A stretch of 64,000 nucleotides of DNA, from assembly GCA_963783375.1 (NCBI GenBank), contig CAWANH010000029.1, forward strand, positions 960,001 through 1,024,000. Reading direction: 5' to 3'. Shown here in pieces: positions 17,649 through 29,713 of the stretch. A program made the position numbers and the translations under genes. Source of the DNA: Candidatus Eiseniibacteriota bacterium. GTDB lineage: Bacteria; Eisenbacteria; RBG-16-71-46; JABDJR01. Within the stretch, counting starts at the first letter, position 1. The number at the start of each line of letters is the position of its first letter. Under the pieces are notes generated by a model, which was not told the DNA's origin, made no database searches, and saw only the letters and a program-made list of their open reading frames with translations.

Positions 17649-19618
17649 GAGCCCAGCTCCCGCCGCCTGGCCACGTACTCCCGCACCGCGGCCACCACGG
17701 TGGAGTGACTCCAGGTGAGAGGGCTCACCGAGAGCGGCTCGCCGGTGAACGGGTGGACCTGCTCGGCCATGATACCGCTCGGCAGGGTGTGGTCCGCCAC
17801 CCACTCGAAGATCTCCAGCGCGCCCTTCAGCCCGTCGCGGTCCCGGGCGGCGGCGATCCGCCACTGGGCGAGCCAGAGGGTGCAGATGAACCAGGGGTTT
17901 CCGGGCACGTCGTCCGACACCCGGTGGTAGGCGTCGTTCTCGTAGCGGGCCACGCCGCCGACCTCGGTCTTCACCCAGAGCCGATCCTCCACCGCGCGCA
18001 TGGTGGCGGCGATGCGCGGGTCGTCGGCCGGGAACATCCCGAAATACCAGAGCCCCATGAGCGAGGCGTCGACGGTGAGATCGGGGGTGAGCCCTCCGTC
18101 CGGCCCGCGGGTGAGCATGCGGGCGAAACGCTGCTCCTTCTCGGACCAGAAATGGGTCTTGACCGCCTCGCGCATCTCTTCCGCCGAGCGCCGGCAGTCG
18201 GCGGCGATGGCGGTCTCCCCGAACGCCTCGGCGAACTCCGCCGCGGCGGTCAGTCCCCCCCAGACCGCCCCCACCGTCCAGGCCATCACCCCCCGGCGCT
18301 CCTCCCAGAGGTCCCAGGAGGGAAGCGGCAGGTGGTCGGCGGGATCCCGGTAGGCGGTCATCCAGCCCGCGGCCCGGGTGATGAGGTCGCGGTAGAGGGG
18401 CTTCACGAACTCGACGTCGCGGAATCGCTGGAAGTGGCGCCACAGGGCCCAGAGGACCAGCGCGGTCTCGTCCTCCTGCACCGGGAGCACCTTCTCCCCG
18501 TCCTGGTACCAGCCGTGCCAGGAGGAGGCCAGGGATCCGTCCGGGTTGTATTTGTGCAGGAGGTAACCCTCCTCGGTGATGGCCCGCAGGCAGAAGTCGA
18601 AGAAGCGGCGGGTGGTGTAGGCGTGGCCGGAGAGAATGAGCGACGAGCTCACCAGCGCTCCGTCCCGGGGCCACATGTAGGAATAGGTGTCGCGGGCGTA
18701 GCGGGCGATGTCGTAGTCGTTGGCCGCGATGATCGCGCCGCCGTTGTCGATCTGGGTGCGAAGCACGATCAGGCTCCGCCGGTAGAGACGGCACACCTCG
18801 GGGGAAAGGTCCGCGAGGTCCTCGGTCTCGTCCTTGGTCAGCCAGAGGTTCCAGTAGTGACCGGTCCGGTCCAGGAATCCCTCGGGGCCCCGCTCACGCA
18901 CGATGCGGTTCACCAGCACCACGTTGGGAAAGCAGTCGGCCACCGCGATCCAGTACCAGGCGGCCGCGCTTCCGCCCGGGTCCACCGCCAGGTGAACCGC
19001 CCCCACCGAGTCCACGCTCCCCTGGGCCACCGGGTTCCCGGAGAGCGCTCCGTCCTCGGCGTCCCGCCACGTTCCCTCGCGACCGGGGGTTTCCTTCTGG
19101 CCCACCGCCCACGCGTGAAACCCCAGGTTCCAGGCCCCCGCGGCGCCGGTGGCCGCGTTCATCATGAACCAGCGCTCCCCCTTGTAGTGGAAGAGCGCCT
19201 TCCGCTCGGGCTCGTAGTAGGCGGAGTCGGCGACCTCGGTGCCGTAGATGTGGAAGTCGTGGTGGAAGAAGAGCCGCACTTCCCGGCGGCGGTCGCTCTC
19301 GTTGTGGACCTGGATCCGCCGGAGGTAGAGGTTCTCGTGGAAATCCACCCCGTCCCGGCATTCCAGACGCACCCCCAGATCGGGATGGCGGAGCCCGACC
19401 CGGCTCAACAGGGTGGCGTCCTCGTAGTCGAGGGTCCGCGTCCAGCCCTCGTCGGCGATCCAGCGGAAGGCGCCGTCCACCCAGACCCCGAACCGGAAGG
19501 GGTGGCCGGCGGTATGGTTCTCCTGCCCGACGTGGGGCCAGTAGATGTCCCGGAGCTGGTAGGTCCGGTCGAAGTTCACGAGCAGCGACCCGTTTCCGAG
19601 CGGGATGTCGCGAGGCAT
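17645..19618 (-). CDS. Glycoside hydrolase family 15 (glucoamylase-like)
   Basis: YSYMWPRDG, QEDET, DLWEERRG, MAEQV and SPLTWSH. Confidence 0.92.
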   Translation of the reverse strand: MPRDIPLGNGSLLVNFDRTYQLRDIYWPHVGQENHTAGHPFRFGVWVDGAFRWIADEGWTRTLDYEDATLLSRVGLRHPDLGVRLECRDGVDFHENLYLRRIQVHNESDRRREVRLFFHHDFHIYGTEVADSAYYEPERKALFHYKGERWFMMNAATGAAGAWNLGFHAWAVGQKETPGREGTWRDAEDGALSGNPVAQGSVDSVGAVHLAVDPGGSAAAWYWIAVADCFPNVVLVNRIVRERGPEGFLDRTGHYWNLWLTKDETEDLADLSPEVCRLYRRSLIVLRTQIDNGGAIIAANDYDIARYARDTYSYMWPRDGALVSSSLILSGHAYTTRRFFDFCLRAITEEGYLLHKYNPDGSLASSWHGWYQDGEKVLPVQEDETALVLWALWRHFQRFRDVEFVKPLYRDLITRAAGWMTAYRDPADHLPLPSWDLWEERRGVMAWTVGAVWGGLTAAAEFAEAFGETAIAADCRRSAEEMREAVKTHFWSEKEQRFARMLTRGPDGGLTPDLTVDASLMGLWYFGMFPADDPRIAATMRAVEDRLWVKTEVGGVARYENDAYHRVSDDVPGNPWFICTLWLAQWRIAAARDRDGLKGALEIFEWVADHTLPSGIMAEQVHPFTGEPLSVSPLTWSHSTVVAAVREYVARRRELGS

Positions 19619-19752
19619 GCGTCCTCCCGATGGTTGATTGCTTGATGAGAGGCGCCGCCCCGGGCCCGGCGCGAAGTTCAAGTTTCCTCTCTCCGGGTGG
19701 ACCCGTCAAATGATGAACGGTCCTCGGAGCGCGGCCTCTCCGGGAGAGCGGC

Positions 19753-20523
19753 CTAGAGATCCCCCTCCGCGGGGCGAAGCACGATCTCCTCGGGGACGAG
19801 CGCCGGGTCGGTGGTGAGCGCCCAGATCGCCGCCTCGGCCACCGCCGCCACCGGCATCAGGCGCCCCTCCGGCGGCCGGTCGGGACCGTCCCACATCGCG
19901 GTGTCGGTCCCCCCGGGGATGAGGGCGGTGACCCGGACGCCGGACCCGCGGGTCTCCGCCCGGAGCACCCGGGTGAAGCCCAGGAGCCCGGCCTTGGACG
20001 CCCCGTACGCTCCGCACCCCTCGAACGCCCGGATCGCCGCCACCGAGACGTTCATCACGATGTGCCCCTCGCCGGCTTCGAGCATGCCGGGAAGGAGCGC
20101 CCGGGTGAGGAGGAACGGCGCCCGGAGATTCACCTCGATCATCCGGTCCCATTGCTCGACGGTCAGCTCATGGGCGGGAGCGTATTCCGCCACCCCCGCG
20201 TTGTTCACCAGGACCGTCACCTTCCCCAACTCGCGCGTCGCGGCGGCGGCCACGCGGTCCGCTTCCCCGGGATCGCGGAGATCGGCGGGAAGCGCCATCA
20301 ATCGCCCTTCCGAGGCCTCGGAGGCGGTGAGCGCGGCGGCCCGCTCCTCCAGGGCGCGCAGGGGCCCGGGGCGGCGTCCCACCCCCGCCACCCGCATCCC
20401 CCGGCGCACCAGCCCCAGGGCGATCTCGCGGCCGATGCCCGAGCCCGCCCCGGTCACCAGCGCCGCGAGTCCCGTCAGGGAGCGGACCGGCCCCGGAGCC
20501 GGAGTGCGGTCGTCGCCAGTCAT
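19753..20523 (-). CDS. SDR family oxidoreductase (candidate sepiapterin reductase)
   Basis: TGAGSGIG, NNAG and YGASK; directly downstream of folE. Confidence 0.88.
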   Translation of the reverse strand: MTGDDRTPAPGPVRSLTGLAALVTGAGSGIGREIALGLVRRGMRVAGVGRRPGPLRALEERAAALTASEASEGRLMALPADLRDPGEADRVAAAATRELGKVTVLVNNAGVAEYAPAHELTVEQWDRMIEVNLRAPFLLTRALLPGMLEAGEGHIVMNVSVAAIRAFEGCGAYGASKAGLLGFTRVLRAETRGSGVRVTALIPGGTDTAMWDGPDRPPEGRLMPVAAVAEAAIWALTTDPALVPEEIVLRPAEGDL

Positions 20524-20525
20524 CG

Positions 20526-21188
20526 CTAGAACTCCGTCCGGCGCTTCACCAGGTCCAGGAACTCGTTCCGGGTGGCGCGATCCTCGCGGAACACCCCGAG
20601 CATGGCGCTCGTGACCGCCACCGAGTTCTGCTTCTGCACCCCGCGCATGGTCATGCACATGTGGACGGCCTCGATCACCACCCCCACCCCCTGGGGTTTC
20701 AGGAGCTTCATGATGGTCCTGGCGATCTGGGTGGTGAGGCGTTCCTGGACCTGGAGCCGCCGGGCGTAGACGTCCACCAGCCGCGGGATCTTGGAGAAGC
20801 CCACGATTCTCCCGTCGGGAATGTAGGCCACGTGGGCCTTTCCCGCGAAGGGGAGAAGATGGTGCTCGCACATCGAGTAGAGCTCGATGTCCTTGATGCA
20901 GATCATCTCGTCCGATTCCTCGGAGAACAGCGCGTTGTTGAGAATCGCTTCCGGGTCCTGGCCGTAGCCCTGGAGATTGAACCGCCAGGCCTGGGCCACC
21001 CGATGGGGCGTCCGGAGCAGGCCCTCCCGCTCCGGGTCCTCGCCGACCTCCACCAGCAGCTCCCGGATGACGGCCTCCATCCGCGCGTCTTCGGGGACGG
21101 AGGCTTCGCTCACCGGGAACTCCCCGGCGGTGAGTCCTCGCGCCGCCTTCCCCCGTGCCGGCGGGTGATGATCCTTTCGCGTGGTCAT
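20526..21188 (-). CDS. folE: GTP cyclohydrolase I
   Basis: [30 protein letters not shown] and HMCMTMRGV. Confidence 0.97.
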   Translation of the reverse strand: MTTRKDHHPPARGKAARGLTAGEFPVSEASVPEDARMEAVIRELLVEVGEDPEREGLLRTPHRVAQAWRFNLQGYGQDPEAILNNALFSEESDEMICIKDIELYSMCEHHLLPFAGKAHVAYIPDGRIVGFSKIPRLVDVYARRLQVQERLTTQIARTIMKLLKPQGVGVVIEAVHMCMTMRGVQKQNSVAVTSAMLGVFREDRATRNEFLDLVKRRTEF

Positions 21189-21661
21189 GCCCGATTCCTT
21201 TCTCGTTCGCCCGCCCTTCCGCCGTCGCCCGGATCGTCTCCGTCCTCCGGGCCGAAGTACTCCACCACGTTCCGCTCGGTTTCGTGCAGCCGCAGGCGAT
21301 AGAGGGCGCCCTTCCCGAAGGCCGGCTCCAGCACCTCCCAGGCCGCGACGACGATGTTCTCCGCGGTGGGGATCCGCCCTTTCATGAACTCCACATCGTG
21401 ATTGAAGTCGCGATGGTCGCACTTCTCCCAGAACTCCCGCCGGATGATCTCCTTCATGTCCTTGAGATCGATCACCATGCCGGTGTCCGGATGGACCCGG
21501 CCCCGCACCGTCACCTCCAACACGTAGTTGTGTCCGTGTCCCCCCGCGGTCGCGCACTTCCCGAACACCGCCAGGTTCTTCTCGTCGGACCAGGCGGGGT
21601 TGTGGAGCCGGTGGGCGGCGCAGACCCCGATCTTCTTGGTGAGGTAGAGGGTCCCGCTCAT
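21185..21661 (-). CDS. 6-pyruvoyl-tetrahydropterin synthase / QueD family (CX5HGH type)
   Basis: [38 protein letters not shown] and LHETERN. Confidence 0.9.
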   Translation of the reverse strand: MSGTLYLTKKIGVCAAHRLHNPAWSDEKNLAVFGKCATAGGHGHNYVLEVTVRGRVHPDTGMVIDLKDMKEIIRREFWEKCDHRDFNHDVEFMKGRIPTAENIVVAAWEVLEPAFGKGALYRLRLHETERNVVEYFGPEDGDDPGDGGRAGERERNRA

Positions 21662-21686
21662 CGACGTGCCTCCTCCCGGGTGGCGC

Positions 21687-22892
21687 TCATGCGGAGTCTC
21701 CCTGGGCGGCATCCGGTCCCGCCGCCGCGAAGTGATCGAACAACGAGGCCTCGGCGCCGGCGGGGACCCGGCCCTGGGCCACCAGCTTGGACCCGCCGCC
21801 CCGTCCACCCACCGCGGCCAGGAGCGGCCGCGCCATCCCCCCCGCGTCGAGCCCGGAATCCGCAGGAACGGCCAGGGCCACCTTGACCCCGTCCGGTTCG
21901 GCCGAGACCAGAAGCACCGGCTCCCCGCGCCGCCCGGCCAGCTCCGACGCCGCGCCGGCCAGCCAGGCCCCCCGGCCCGGGCCCAGGTCCCGGGCGAAGC
22001 GGCCCGCGGCGGGTTCCGCCGCCCACTCCACCACCAGCCTTCCGCGAAGCTCCCCCTCCGTCTTCTCCAGCCGGGAACGCGCGTCCTTGAGCTCGGCGAG
22101 GAGCGCGGCCACCCGCCCGGGGACCTCGAACTCCTCGGTGGTGAGCGCCAGGGCGGCGCCGCGAAGCGCCCGGTGGCGTCGCGCATAGTCCAGGAGCGCC
22201 CTTCCCCCGCAGACGAATTCCACCCGGATGCCCCCCTTCTTCCGTTCGGCGCGGAGCAGCTTGATCGGCCCCACCTGCCCGGATCGGGGGCAGTGGGTCC
22301 CGCAGCAGGGGGTGGCGTCGAAGTCCCCCACCGTCACCACCCGGATGTCCCCGGCCACCGGCGCCTCCTTCCTCACATGGGGCGGAAGCGCCGACGGGTC
22401 ATCGTACCAAGTCGCCGCCACCTCGAGATCGGCGGTCACGATTTCATTGGCCCGGGCTTCGGCCCGCTCCAGCGCGGCCTCGTCCAGACCCTCCCGGTTC
22501 AAGTCGATGGTGCAGCGCTCGGCTCCCAGATGGAACCCCACCGTGTCCGCTCCGAACAGGTCCACGAAGGCCCGGCTCAGGATGTGCTGCCCGGTGTGCT
22601 GCTGGCGATGATCGACCCTCCGCGCCCAGTCCACCTCGCCGCGGAGCGGAGCCATCGGCGGACGGGCGGCGAGGCGGTGGATCACCCGCTCCCCCTCCTC
22701 GAACACGTCGGTCACCGGGATCCCTTCCAGCGTGCCCCGGTCGTGGGGCTGGCCGCCGCCGGTGGGGTAGAACGCGGTCCGGTCCAGCGCCGCGTCCCAG
22801 GTCCCTTCGGGGCCGGGGCGAAGATCCACGACCTTCGCCTCGAACGTGCGAAGCTCGGGATCCGCGTGATAGAGTCGCTGCGTTCTTTCCAT
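21687..22892 (-). CDS. Alanyl-tRNA editing protein (AlaX) with DHHA1 domain
   Basis: TAFYPTGGGQPHDRG, HTGQH and CCGTH zinc motifs, and a C-terminal GGRGGG. Confidence 0.9.
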   Translation of the reverse strand: MERTQRLYHADPELRTFEAKVVDLRPGPEGTWDAALDRTAFYPTGGGQPHDRGTLEGIPVTDVFEEGERVIHRLAARPPMAPLRGEVDWARRVDHRQQHTGQHILSRAFVDLFGADTVGFHLGAERCTIDLNREGLDEAALERAEARANEIVTADLEVAATWYDDPSALPPHVRKEAPVAGDIRVVTVGDFDATPCCGTHCPRSGQVGPIKLLRAERKKGGIRVEFVCGGRALLDYARRHRALRGAALALTTEEFEVPGRVAALLAELKDARSRLEKTEGELRGRLVVEWAAEPAAGRFARDLGPGRGAWLAGAASELAGRRGEPVLLVSAEPDGVKVALAVPADSGLDAGGMARPLLAAVGGRGGGSKLVAQGRVPAGAEASLFDHFAAAGPDAAQGDSA

Positions 22893-22919
22893 GATCCTCG
22901 GTTTCCCTGGAGAAAGTCG

Positions 22920-23408
22920 TTGAGTATACGCGAATCGGATCCTTCCGAGCCGGCCTGGCCGGAGCGCGTGACCCGGGAGGGGAAGCGCGTCCGCACCGCC
23001 TTCCGCGTCCGCTACGCCGAGACCGACCAGATGGGCATGGTGTACTACGCCAACTACCTGGTCTGGTTCGAGGTCATGCGCGGGGACTTCATGCGGGCGG
23101 CGGGGGTCCCCTACTCCCGCATGGAGACCGACGGATGGTTCCTGCCCATCGCCGAGGCCCACGTTCGCTACCTCCTCCCCGCCCGCTACGACGAGGCGGT
23201 GGAGGTGGTGGCATGGATCCGGGCGGTCCGATCCCGCCTGGTGACCTTCGAGTACCGGGTGGAGCGCGGGGGGGAACTCCTGGCCACCGGCTGGACCACC
23301 CACGTGCCGGTAGGCCGGGACGGCCGGCCCCATCCACTTTCCCGGGAACTCCTGGACACCCTGGAAGTGTATAAGGAAAGCGCGACCGGGGAGGAATCAG
23401 GCCGATAA
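22920..23408 (+). CDS. Acyl-CoA thioesterase (YbgC/FadM family)
   Basis: VRYAETDQMGMVYYANYLVWFE hot-dog motif; the TTG start is approximate. Confidence 0.9.
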   Translation: MSIRESDPSEPAWPERVTREGKRVRTAFRVRYAETDQMGMVYYANYLVWFEVMRGDFMRAAGVPYSRMETDGWFLPIAEAHVRYLLPARYDEAVEVVAWIRAVRSRLVTFEYRVERGGELLATGWTTHVPVGRDGRPHPLSRELLDTLEVYKESATGEESGR

Positions 23409-23479
23409 CCTTTGGATGGACAACCGGTTTGTCTGATATACTGCCTTCCTCGCTAGTTCGGGCCATACCAGGGAGATGG

Positions 23480-23890
23480 ATGAAGAAGCTGCTCGCCTCC
23501 ATATGCGCCGTTTTTGGCGTAACGTGCTGTGTAGCTGCGTCTTACGCAGCCACGCCGCGTGCCGGGGTTCAGCTCTCCACCCTGGACCGTCCCACCCTCT
23601 CCGCCCAGGTATCCCCTCTCAGCCTCTTCGGATCGACCGGACGTCAGCCCGACCTCTTTCCGGTCGAATCCCGGACCGACTCCAGGTTCGACTACTCCCG
23701 GCTGGCCTACAAGATCTCCTACGCCGGGGCCATCCTCCTCACCGCGGATCACGTGGTCCGCTCGGTGAACTCCCTGCTTGATTCCATGGAGTACACCGGG
23801 CGCGACGGCACCTCGATCCACTTCGTCATGGAACCGAAGAGCAAGGGCTTCGATGTCATGCTGAAGTTGAACCGTCCGCTGGGTTTCTAG
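23480..23890 (+). CDS. Exported hypothetical protein
   Basis: RBS GGAG, signal peptide MKKLLASICAVFG..., and an extended -10 TGATATACT upstream. Confidence 0.65.
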   Translation: MKKLLASICAVFGVTCCVAASYAATPRAGVQLSTLDRPTLSAQVSPLSLFGSTGRQPDLFPVESRTDSRFDYSRLAYKISYAGAILLTADHVVRSVNSLLDSMEYTGRDGTSIHFVMEPKSKGFDVMLKLNRPLGF

Positions 23891-23942
23891 TCCCGGGCCA
23901 TCGCGGCCGTCGCTTCGTCTCCCCCGTCGACTCCCCTCGCAT

Positions 23943-23971
23943 TTGACGTTGTCCGAACGCGGTGCTACCTT
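23943..23971 (+). promoter_or_regulatory. sigma70 promoter of the HIT gene
   Basis: TTGACG-17 nt-TACCTT. Confidence 0.5.
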
Positions 23972-24057
23972 GCCGGCATACGGAGCTTTGGGCGTCGTTT
24001 CCCGGCCTCGCTGCCGTGGTCGAGGCATTCGGCGCCGCGACGGGAACGAGGAGGGCT

Positions 24058-24405
24058 ATGAGCGAGCCGTGTCTCTTCTGCCGGATCGCGCGACGCGAGG
24101 TGGACGCCGGCGTGGTCTTCGAGGACGACGCGGTCATGGCTTTCCGCGACGTCAACCCCCAGGCCCCGGTCCACGTGCTCATCATCCCCAAACTGCACGT
24201 GGCCACGATCAACGATCTCCGTGAAGAGCATGCCGACCTTCTGTCCCGGCTCTTTCTGACCGCGGCCAAGATCGCCCGGGATCACGATGTCGCCGACGAA
24301 GGCTATCGCCTGGTGGTGAACTGCCAGGAAGGCGCGGGGCAGTCGGTCTTCCATCTGCACATGCACGTGTTGGGAGGCCGGCAATTCAAGTGGCCTCCCG
24401 GCTGA
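24058..24405 (+). CDS. Histidine triad nucleotide-binding protein (HINT)
   Basis: CLFCRI, PQAPVHVLIIPK and GQSVFHLHMHVLGGR. Confidence 0.95.
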   Translation: MSEPCLFCRIARREVDAGVVFEDDAVMAFRDVNPQAPVHVLIIPKLHVATINDLREEHADLLSRLFLTAAKIARDHDVADEGYRLVVNCQEGAGQSVFHLHMHVLGGRQFKWPPG

Positions 24406-24753
24406 TGAGGGACCGAGAATCGAGGGCGGTGGAGGATGGACCGGGGAATCAAAACCCCGTCCGGGGTGTAAAATTATGTGAGCGGTGCGGTTGGGAGGGG
24501 CGAAGCGGCAGTCAGCTGCCGTGGCGCGCGGACGCCGAAGTGCCAAGAAGTTGGCCGACTGGAATCGCACCCGGTACCGGATGGTCCGGTTTCAGGTCCG
24601 ATTCCCGCATCGGATCGGCGAGCGCAGTTCGGGGATCGCCGGCATCCCCCCACGGGTTTCGGGCATCGGACAACCCGGTGCGGGACAAAAGCTTTCTGCG
24701 TACCTTCCCACGACCTCCCTCCGCCCGGAGTTCCCCCCCTCTCCGTCCATGCG

Positions 24754-24769
24754 TGGCACGAAAGTTGCA
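24754..24769 (+). promoter_or_regulatory. sigma54 (-24/-12) promoter upstream of prkA
   Basis: TGGCACG-AAAG-TTGCA matches the TGGCACG-N4-TTGCW consensus about 107 nt before the ATG. Confidence 0.8.
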
Positions 24770-24875
24770 CTTTGCAACGTCAGGATTAGCGCGGCGTGTA
24801 CCCAAGCCGCCCGCCCGGATCGTAGGCCCGGCGGGTGCGGCCCCCGCCGGGGCTTCCCTAAAGGAGTGAAGGCGA

Positions 24876-26924
<2,049 letters not shown>

Positions 26925-27011
26925 CGGGCGGCTGAACACGACCGGCCCGGTCCGGCGGGGCCATTCCCGGCCGGACGGCGGGGCCGCTACCTTGAACGGG
27001 GTGATCACGTT

Positions 27012-28112
<1,101 letters not shown>

Positions 28113-28116
28113 CGGG

Positions 28117-29624
28117 GTGACCACCAACCTCAGTCCCCGGCTCTCCGAGATGAAGGCGCGGGTCGAGGAACTGGCGCGTTCCCAGGGCCTCGACTTCTAT
28201 CCCGTGATCTTCGAGATGATCGACTACGAGCAGATGAACCAGATCGCGGCCTACGGCGGCTTCCCCACTCGTTACCCCCACTGGCGGTTCGGGATGGAGT
28301 ACGAGCGGCTCTCCAAGTCCTATCGCTACGGGCTCTCCAAGATCTACGAGATGGTGGTGAACACCAACCCGGTCTACGCCTACCTGCTCACCGCGAACAG
28401 CGAGATGGACCAGAAGCTGGTGATGGCCCACGTCTACGGCCATGCCGACTTCTTCAAGAACAACATCTGGTTCTCCCCCACCAACCGGAAGATGATGGAT
28501 GAGGCGGCCAACCACGCCGCCCGGGTGCGCCGCTACATCCAACGCTACGGCATCGAGAAGGTGGAGACGTTCGTGGACGCCTGCCTCTCCCTGGAGGATC
28601 TGATCGATCCCCATTCCCTCTTCATCAAGCGGCGGAGCCCCCGCCCCAGCGCCGAAGAGGAGCGGGACCAGGCCGATTCCCCCCCCCGGCGGTGAAGCGT
28701 CTGAAGAGCAAGGACTACATGGAGAGCTTCATCAACCCCCGGGAGTACCTGGACGCCGAGGAGAAGCGCCTGAAGGACGACCACGAGCGCAAGCCCCGCT
28801 TCCCCGAGGAGCCCGAGCGCGACGTGCTCCTGTTCCTGATCGAGCACGCTCCCCTGGAGGCGTGGCAGCGGGACGTCCTCTCCATCATCCGGGAGGAGGC
28901 ATACTACTTCGCCCCTCAGGCCCAGACCAAGATCATGAACGAGGGATGGGCCTCGTTCTGGCACTCCCGCCTCATGACCGGCCGGCTTCTCACCGACGCC
29001 GAGGTGATCGACTACGCCGATCATCACTCGGGGACGGTGAGCATGCAGTCCGGCCGGTTGAATCCCTACAAGATCGGCCTGGAGCTTTTCCGCGACATCG
29101 AGGACCGCTGGAACCGCGGGCGGTTCGGCAAGGATTACGAGGACTGCGACGATTACGTGAAGAAGCGCGACTGGGACCTCAAGCTGGGCGAGGGCATGGA
29201 GAAGGTGTTCCAGGTGCGCCGGATCTACAACGACGTGACCTTCATCGACACCTTCCTCACCGAGGAGTTCTGCCGGGATCAGAAGCTCTTCACCTTCGCC
29301 AAGAACGATCGGAGCGGCAACTTCGAGATCCAGAGCCGGGAGTTCCACCGCGTGAAGCAGCAGCTCCTGACCGTTCTAACCAATCACGGCCGTCCCTTCA
29401 TCTACGTCCAGGACGGCAACTTCGGCAACCGGGGAGAGCTCTGCCTCAGTCATCGATTCGAGGGGCCCGAGCTCCAGCGCGACTACGCCGAGGCCACCCT
29501 CGAGAACCTCGCGCTGATCTGGGGCCGGCCGGTGCATATCGAGACGGTGTTCGAGGACACCCCCACCCGCCTCACCTGCCGGGACGGCAAGATCGACGAA
29601 GCGGAGATCCAGGCCGAGGTCTGA
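28117..29624 (+). CDS. SpoVR/YcgB family protein; frameshifted at a C9 tract (28679-28687)
   Basis: N-part has [12 protein letters not shown] and [13 protein letters not shown]; C-part has [13 protein letters not shown] and NPYKIG. One extra C fuses the frames. Confidence 0.9.
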
Positions 29625-29713
29625 GCCCTCCCCACCGGCCTCCGGGGGCCCTTTTCAAGCTCCCGCCCCACGCCGCCAAAGTCCGACCCCCCCGCTTCCG
29701 ATAACCCCTTACG

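Noticed and set aside
17705-19645. 646-aa plus-strand ORF
   Set aside because: Antisense shadow of the GH15 gene.
28693-28695. TGA as a selenocysteine or read-through codon in spoVR
   Set aside because: The continuation is in a different frame, so it is an indel rather than read-through.
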